Part shown: positions 58,964-64,000 of the stretch, one piece after another
Position numbering within the stretch: position 1 is the stretch's first letter
How the letters are laid out: every line of letters starts with the position of its first letter
From: a virus
Strand: one strand, 5' to 3'
DNA: 64,000 bases
IMG/VR virus record: IMGVR_UViG_3300032093_000042
Coordinates: 40,909-104,908 of that record
Translations under genes and position numbers: made by a program
Notes under the pieces: generated by a model
Seen by the model: the letters and a program-made list of their open reading frames with translations, nothing else
The model's database searches: none
What the model was told of the DNA's origin: nothing

Positions 58964-60571
58964 ATGGCAAATACATTTAAAAAAGTAATAGATCGTTTAA
59001 TGTGGATACAAGTTCCGTCCGCACCGAATGCACATGCGGCTGCAACGTCAATGACAAGTGATCTCAGAAATGATACGTCACGTAATCCATTTGCATATCA
59101 ATTAGTATCTAATACTGTATTGAATAGACAAAATATAATTACAAAAGGTTGGTCACTTGTAGTGTCGCCTGCTTTAGCAGGTACGTTTGGCGCTGGTTCT
59201 GCTATGACATTCGCCCCCAGCTTCGGTGCTGTAGGCACAATCGCGGCTGGTGCTACAACTACATCAGTAATATTATCAACAGCACTCGCAACCGCTGTAG
59301 GAACAAATATGTTAGCAAATCGTGGTGGTAGTGGTGATTACGGTTTTAAAATAAGAATTATAGGATTTGGTTCGGGAAAAACCGAAGAAAGATATATTGT
59401 AGCAAATACATCCGGTACCACACCTACAATTAACGTAGATTCTCCTTTTACGTTTACACCTGCTTCAGGTGACAGATATGAAATTTTGGGAGGTCGTGTA
59501 TTTATGTTGGGAGCCGGTACAACTGCTTCCAATATTTGGAGAAGTTTTGAAGTAGCTACAAATACTTTATCTACAGGTTTAAGTACAACCGGATTACCTG
59601 CTACAATTGCAACTGATAGTGATTTTGTTACTTTAGACGAACAATATGTGCCTTATACGTTGATACCCGGTGAAGGAATGATAGTTGGATCAGGTACGTA
59701 TAATAGCGGCAGTTTAAACTGTTTAACAGCTACAGCAACTGGTGCAAGTAGTTTAACAGGTCAATCATCTGGAGGAGACGCTGTAGTTGCAATTAATGAA
59801 TATCGTAATTTTCAAATAAGAATTGTTGAAGATACTGGTACTCCTGCCGCGGTGGGTCAACGTAGAATTATAGCATCGCATACAGCGGGGACGAGTCCTG
59901 TATATACACTTGGTACGGCTTGGTCTACACAACCATCTAGTACAGCTAAATATGTAATTGAACTACCAAATTTAATTTTATTAAGAAGTTCAGGTACCAC
60001 CACCGTTTACACGTGGAATTATACAGATGCATCTATAAACAACGGTACAAATACTATAGCTTCAAATGCTTGGTCTACAACTTATTTTGGAGTGGCACCG
60101 GCAGTAAATGCAAGTGGTGGCGTTTGGTCTCCTAGTTTTGGAATTGTCCCAGACGTTGCTAGAAATGCAAGACACAGTTTTTGTTATTTCTTTAGAGGCG
60201 GCGCTACTACTTTAGACCTACTTGATATAGCCGGTGGTACTACAGGCAATTGGACCGGTAACATAACATATGATGGAGGCGTTGCATTAACCGTAGGCAC
60301 ATGTGGTGCTTATGCTCCCTTTGGAAGTGAAGGTAGAATGTTTTACATGAATATATATACAGCATCCGCTGTTAATCAAATTTTTAGATTCGACGTTCAA
60401 AATCGTGTATTGAGTCCATATGTGCCGACGGATTATTTACAGGCAGGTACAGCAGCTGTAGGTAAACGTTTAGCCGCATATTGTGCTATAGATGGATCCG
60501 ATAAATACGATGTTATATTGTTACAATCACATTTAACAGCTGTTAATAATGAATTAATTGTTTTAGTATAA
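58964..60571 (+). CDS. Putative receptor-binding protein, related to 55599..58445
   Basis: Shares NEY....IRI......GQRRIIASHT..W...P.ST.KYVI module and propeller-like termini (W.Q...AP, IFRFDV). Confidence 0.65.
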   Translation: MANTFKKVIDRLMWIQVPSAPNAHAAATSMTSDLRNDTSRNPFAYQLVSNTVLNRQNIITKGWSLVVSPALAGTFGAGSAMTFAPSFGAVGTIAAGATTTSVILSTALATAVGTNMLANRGGSGDYGFKIRIIGFGSGKTEERYIVANTSGTTPTINVDSPFTFTPASGDRYEILGGRVFMLGAGTTASNIWRSFEVATNTLSTGLSTTGLPATIATDSDFVTLDEQYVPYTLIPGEGMIVGSGTYNSGSLNCLTATATGASSLTGQSSGGDAVVAINEYRNFQIRIVEDTGTPAAVGQRRIIASHTAGTSPVYTLGTAWSTQPSSTAKYVIELPNLILLRSSGTTTVYTWNYTDASINNGTNTIASNAWSTTYFGVAPAVNASGGVWSPSFGIVPDVARNARHSFCYFFRGGATTLDLLDIAGGTTGNWTGNITYDGGVALTVGTCGAYAPFGSEGRMFYMNIYTASAVNQIFRFDVQNRVLSPYVPTDYLQAGTAAVGKRLAAYCAIDGSDKYDVILLQSHLTAVNNELIVLV

Positions 60572-60588
60572 AATTTCTAAAACTAACT

Positions 60589-60750
60589 ATGACTATTAAC
60601 GACTTAATAAATTTTTGTAACACTCGTTTAGAGTTTCTAAAAGCTTTAAAAATATCATATATTCAATTAGGAGATTATGATATGATAAATAAAATTGAGG
60701 CTCAAATATTGGAAACCGAAAATACATTAAATCAATTAAGAAATTCTTAA
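60589..60750 (+). CDS. Small helical-hairpin protein (53 aa)
   Basis: MTINDLINFCNTRLEFLKALK..QLGD....KIEAQILETENTLNQLRNS*; below the ORF-track cutoff; fills the gap in the operon. Confidence 0.65.
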   Translation: MTINDLINFCNTRLEFLKALKISYIQLGDYDMINKIEAQILETENTLNQLRNS

Positions 60751-60764
60751 TTTTCTGAAATATT

Positions 60765-60923
60765 ATGTTATTAACAATTTTATCCAATCAAGGAGCGGCT
60801 CCACCACAGAAGTTTTGGGTAAAAGTAGCGGGCGTTTGGAAGCTGGCTACAGCTTATATAAAAATAAGCGGGGTGTGGAAAGTAACTACTCCGTTTGTTA
60901 AAGTATCAGGTGCTTGGAAATAA
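60765..60923 (+). CDS. Small protein (52 aa) with three xVKVxGxWK repeats
   Basis: MLLTILSNQGAAPPQKFWVKVAGVWKLATAYIKISGVWKVTTPFVKVSGAWK*. Confidence 0.7.
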   Translation: MLLTILSNQGAAPPQKFWVKVAGVWKLATAYIKISGVWKVTTPFVKVSGAWK

Positions 60924-60965
60924 TATTATAAAAAATTGTTATTATATATAACTAAATTAGTTTTA

Positions 60966-60973
60966 TATTTATA
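60966..60973 (+). promoter_or_regulatory. Putative late promoter box TATTTATA
   Basis: 4 nt upstream of ATG 60978. Confidence 0.6.
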
Positions 60974-60977
60974 ACAA

Positions 60978-63900
60978 ATGGCAAGTTGTAATCATAATAT
61001 TTGTCCTCCAAATGCGTGTACTTTAACTAACGCAATAAAGGATTATAAAAAAGCTAGATCAGGCATAAATGATGCTAGCTTAAAACCTTTTCTTAAAATA
61101 ATAGAATCTTTACAGGCTGAAATTGCTTGTGGTGGAGGAGGTGGTGGTAATTGTGATTCGGGTATATATAAAGAGTTTTCTACTCCGTCTACTATTTGGA
61201 ATTTTGATCATAATCTATCCTCAGCAATTGTAATAATACAAGTATATGACAACGATTTTAATCAATTAATTCCTACTACAATAGAACTTGTTAACAGTAA
61301 TTTAGCTTTAATAAAATTTAGTACTAATGTCTCGGGATATGCCATAGCTGTAAAAGCATGTGGTAATGGTAGTAGTGGCACAAGTGGACAGACATATGGT
61401 ACTAGTGGTAGTAGCGGTAGTATTGGTACCAGTGGCACCGGCGGTAGTAGTGGTACATCAGGTACAGTTGGTAGTAGTGGATCTACTGGATCAGCGGGTA
61501 CTGCTGGTACCGGAGGAAGTAGTGGTACCAGTTTTGGTACAAGTGGTACAAGCGGAAGTAGTGGTATAATTGGTAGCAGTGGCAGTAGCGGCACGAGCGG
61601 TACAAGTGGAACTACAGGTACAAGTGGAAGTAGTGGCACAACCGGTACAAGTGGTAGTAGTGGAACTACCGGCACAAGCGGTACAAGCGGAAGTAGTGGT
61701 ATAATTGGCAGTAGTGGTAGTAGCGGTACCACAGGTAGTAGTGGTACAAGTGGTAGCAGTGGAACTACCGGCACAAGTGGTAGTAGTGGAACTACAGGTA
61801 CAAGTGGTAGCAGTGGAACTACAGGTACAAGTGGTAGCAGTGGTATAATTGGAAGCAGCGGTTCTTCTGGATCTACAGGATCCGCCGGTACAGGAGGTAG
61901 TAGTGGCACTAGTTTCGGTACAAGTGGTAGTAGTGGAACTACAGGTACAAGTGGCAGTTGTGGTAGCAGCGGAACTACCGGTACAAGTGGTAGCAGTGGT
62001 ATAAGTGGTAGTAGTGGTAGCAACGGAACTACCGGTAGTAGCGGTAGCAGCGGATCTGCGGGTAGTAGTGGTACCAGTGGTACTAGTGGTAGTAGTGGTA
62101 CCAGTGGTACGAGTGGTAGTAGCGGTAGTAGTGGATCATCCGGTACGAGTGGTAGTAGCGGTAGCAGTGGTAGTAGCGGCAGCGGTGGTAGTAGCGGTAG
62201 CACAGGATCCGCTGGTACAGGAGGCAGTAGTGGTACCAGTTTCGGTACAAGTGGTAGTAGTGGTATAACAGGCAGCAGTGGAACTACCGGCACAAGTGGT
62301 AGTAGCGGCACAACCGGCACAAGTGGTAGTAGTGGATCATCTGGTACGAGTGGTAGTAGTGGATCATCCGGTACGAGTGGTAGTAGTGGATCATCCGGTA
62401 CGAGTGGTAGTAGCGGAACTACCGGCACAAGTGGTTCTTCTGGTACAAGCGGTAGCAATGGTACGGCAGGTACAAGTGGTATAAACGGAAGTAGTGGTTC
62501 TTCCGGTACAAGTGGAAGTAGCGGAACTACAGGTACAAGTGGAAGTAGCGGAACTACAGGTACGAGCGGTAGTAGCGGAACTACAGGTACGAGCGGTAGT
62601 AGTGGTTCTTCCGGTACAAGTGGTAGCAATGGCACATCAGGTACTAGTGGTAGTAGTGGTAGTAGTGGAACTACCGGCACAAGTGGTAGTAGTGGAACTA
62701 CAGGTACAAGTGGTAGTAGCGGAACTGCCGGTACTAGTGGTAGTAGCGGAACTGCCGGTACTGCCGGTACTAGTGGTAGCAGCGGAACTACCGGTACAAG
62801 TGGAAGTAGCGGAACTACCGGTACAAGTGGAAGTAGCGGAACTACAGGTACAAGTGGAAGTAGTGGATCATCTGGTACGAGTGGTAGTAGTGGATCATCT
62901 GGTACGAGTGGTAGTAATGGTACATCAGGTACAAGTGGAAGTAGTGGAACTACCGGTACAAGTGGAAGTAGTGGAACTACCGGTACAAGTGGAAGTAGTG
63001 GAACTACCGGTACAAGTGGATCATCCGGTACGAGTGGTAGTAGTGGAACTGCCGGTACAAGTGGTAGTAGTGGTAGTAGTGGTAGTAGTGGTAGTAGTGG
63101 ATCAAGTGGATCTAGTGGTAGTAGCGGCACAACTGGTACAAGTGGTAGCAGTGGTTCAACCGGTTCAAGAGGCAGTAGCGGATCAAGTGGTAGCAGCGGA
63201 ACTACCGGCACAAGTGGTAGTAGCGGAACTACCGGCACAAGTGGTAGTAGCGGAACTACCGGCACAAGTGGTAGTAGTGGTACAAGCGGATCAAGTGGTA
63301 GTAGCGGCACAACTGGCACAAGTGGTAGTAGTGGTACAAGCGGATCAAGTGGTAGTAGCGGCACAAGTGGTAGCAGTGGTTCAACCGGTTCAAGAGGCAG
63401 CAGCGGCACAACCGGTACAAGTGGTAGTAGTGGAAGTAGTGGCACAACCGGTACAAGTGGTAGTAGCGGTAGCAGTGGTAGCAGTGGTAGCAGTGGTAGC
63501 AGTGGCACAAGTGGCACAAGTGGCACAAGTGGCACAAGTGGCACAAGTGGCACAAGTGGCACAAGTGGCAGTAGCGGTAGTCGGGGACAATTCGGCGGTG
63601 ATACCATGTTTTTAGTAGGTAAACAGTATTTACCAGGAACCCCAGTACCAACATCCGGATCAATATTGTTTTATAATGATAATTTTGGTACTAATGTATC
63701 CATATATGTTTCTAGATACGATAAATTTGGAGCCGATTATAAAAAATGGCTTGATACAATAGGCACTATAACCGGTTCTATAAAAGCAGGGGTTAAAGTA
63801 ACAGATCTTGATACAGAAAATTCATTTGCACATTATTTAATTAGATCATCGTCGTATACCACTGTAGGAGGATATTATACTTTTAACGTAACAATTAACA

Positions 63901-64000
63901 CATTAGGCCCTTCCGTAGGAAATTTTCCTTTTCAATCAGCGTTTACATTAGCTTTAGCTGGAAATGCAGGCAGTAGTGGATCATCTGGTACGAGTGGTAC
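60978..64000 (+). CDS. Very long fibre-like protein with G-S/T-S/T repeats (3' truncated by window)
   Basis: Absent from the ORF track because no stop is reached; MASCNHNICPPNAC..W.F.HNL....IQVYD domain, about 740 aa of G-X-Y, a globular domain, then repeats resume. Confidence 0.88.
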   Translation, partial: MASCNHNICPPNACTLTNAIKDYKKARSGINDASLKPFLKIIESLQAEIACGGGGGGNCDSGIYKEFSTPSTIWNFDHNLSSAIVIIQVYDNDFNQLIPTTIELVNSNLALIKFSTNVSGYAIAVKACGNGSSGTSGQTYGTSGSSGSIGTSGTGGSSGTSGTVGSSGSTGSAGTAGTGGSSGTSFGTSGTSGSSGIIGSSGSSGTSGTSGTTGTSGSSGTTGTSGSSGTTGTSGTSGSSGIIGSSGSSGTTGSSGTSGSSGTTGTSGSSGTTGTSGSSGTTGTSGSSGIIGSSGSSGSTGSAGTGGSSGTSFGTSGSSGTTGTSGSCGSSGTTGTSGSSGISGSSGSNGTTGSSGSSGSAGSSGTSGTSGSSGTSGTSGSSGSSGSSGTSGSSGSSGSSGSGGSSGSTGSAGTGGSSGTSFGTSGSSGITGSSGTTGTSGSSGTTGTSGSSGSSGTSGSSGSSGTSGSSGSSGTSGSSGTTGTSGSSGTSGSNGTAGTSGINGSSGSSGTSGSSGTTGTSGSSGTTGTSGSSGTTGTSGSSGSSGTSGSNGTSGTSGSSGSSGTTGTSGSSGTTGTSGSSGTAGTSGSSGTAGTAGTSGSSGTTGTSGSSGTTGTSGSSGTTGTSGSSGSSGTSGSSGSSGTSGSNGTSGTSGSSGTTGTSGSSGTTGTSGSSGTTGTSGSSGTSGSSGTAGTSGSSGSSGSSGSSGSSGSSGSSGTTGTSGSSGSTGSRGSSGSSGSSGTTGTSGSSGTTGTSGSSGTTGTSGSSGTSGSSGSSGTTGTSGSSGTSGSSGSSGTSGSSGSTGSRGSSGTTGTSGSSGSSGTTGTSGSSGSSGSSGSSGSSGTSGTSGTSGTSGTSGTSGTSGSSGSRGQFGGDTMFLVGKQYLPGTPVPTSGSILFYNDNFGTNVSIYVSRYDKFGADYKKWLDTIGTITGSIKAGVKVTDLDTENSFAHYLIRSSSYTTVGGYYTFNVTINTLGPSVGNFPFQSAFTLALAGNAGSSGSSGTSG
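61362..63587 (+). repeat. 2.2 kb degenerate 9-bp coding repeat (Gly-Ser/Thr-Ser/Thr)
   Basis: Directly visible; frame is preserved from ATG 60978 through 63587. Confidence 0.95.

Noticed and set aside
532-60787. Numerous short antisense or out-of-frame ORFs nested in long genes
   Set aside because: Overlap well-supported genes and lack recognisable motifs or expression signals
61362-63587. Possible CRISPR array or non-coding satellite
   Set aside because: No constant repeat with unique spacers; variation is codon-structured within an open frame
61262-63663. 781 aa minus-strand PLLPLV ORF and other overlapping ORFs
   Set aside because: Antisense or alternative-frame shadows of the real + strand ORF starting at 60978

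Overview
A 64 kb, AT-rich, gene-dense segment of a large T4-like (myovirus) bacteriophage genome, almost all on the + strand. Order: baseplate module (gp25-, gp6-, gp7-like and paralogous baseplate proteins); RuvC, primase and a fused SbcD-SbcC (gp47-gp46) nuclease; three multi-domain glycosyltransferase/methyltransferase genes, including a TibC/Aah-type protein O-heptosyltransferase domain; tail sheath; putative internal head proteins; a fractured large terminase; portal, prohead protease, scaffold and major capsid protein; a Mom-like DNA-modification gene; neck and tail-completion genes; and a fibre/receptor-binding module with very long Gly-Ser/Thr triplet repeats that runs off the window end. 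Highlights: (1) terL is split by an atypically split intein (35 aa IntN, 114 aa IntC) around a free-standing endonuclease gene, and a 17/20 nt copy of the reconstructed intein-less target site sits at the endonuclease start next to a promoter-like box (candidate autorepression operator). (2) A candidate virion O-glycosylation system: the heptosyltransferase cluster plus a pervasive [ST]-[GAS]-S motif in outer virion proteins and (G-S/T-S/T)n fibres. (3) A shared N-terminal M-(I)-K-L-x-x-L-L-x-E capsid-targeting-like tag on unrelated enzymes. (4) Two promoter classes (TATTTATA and sigma70-like TGnTATACT), both placed for near-leaderless mRNAs. All family calls are from motif recognition by eye, not database searches. 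No tRNA, rRNA or CRISPR array was seen.
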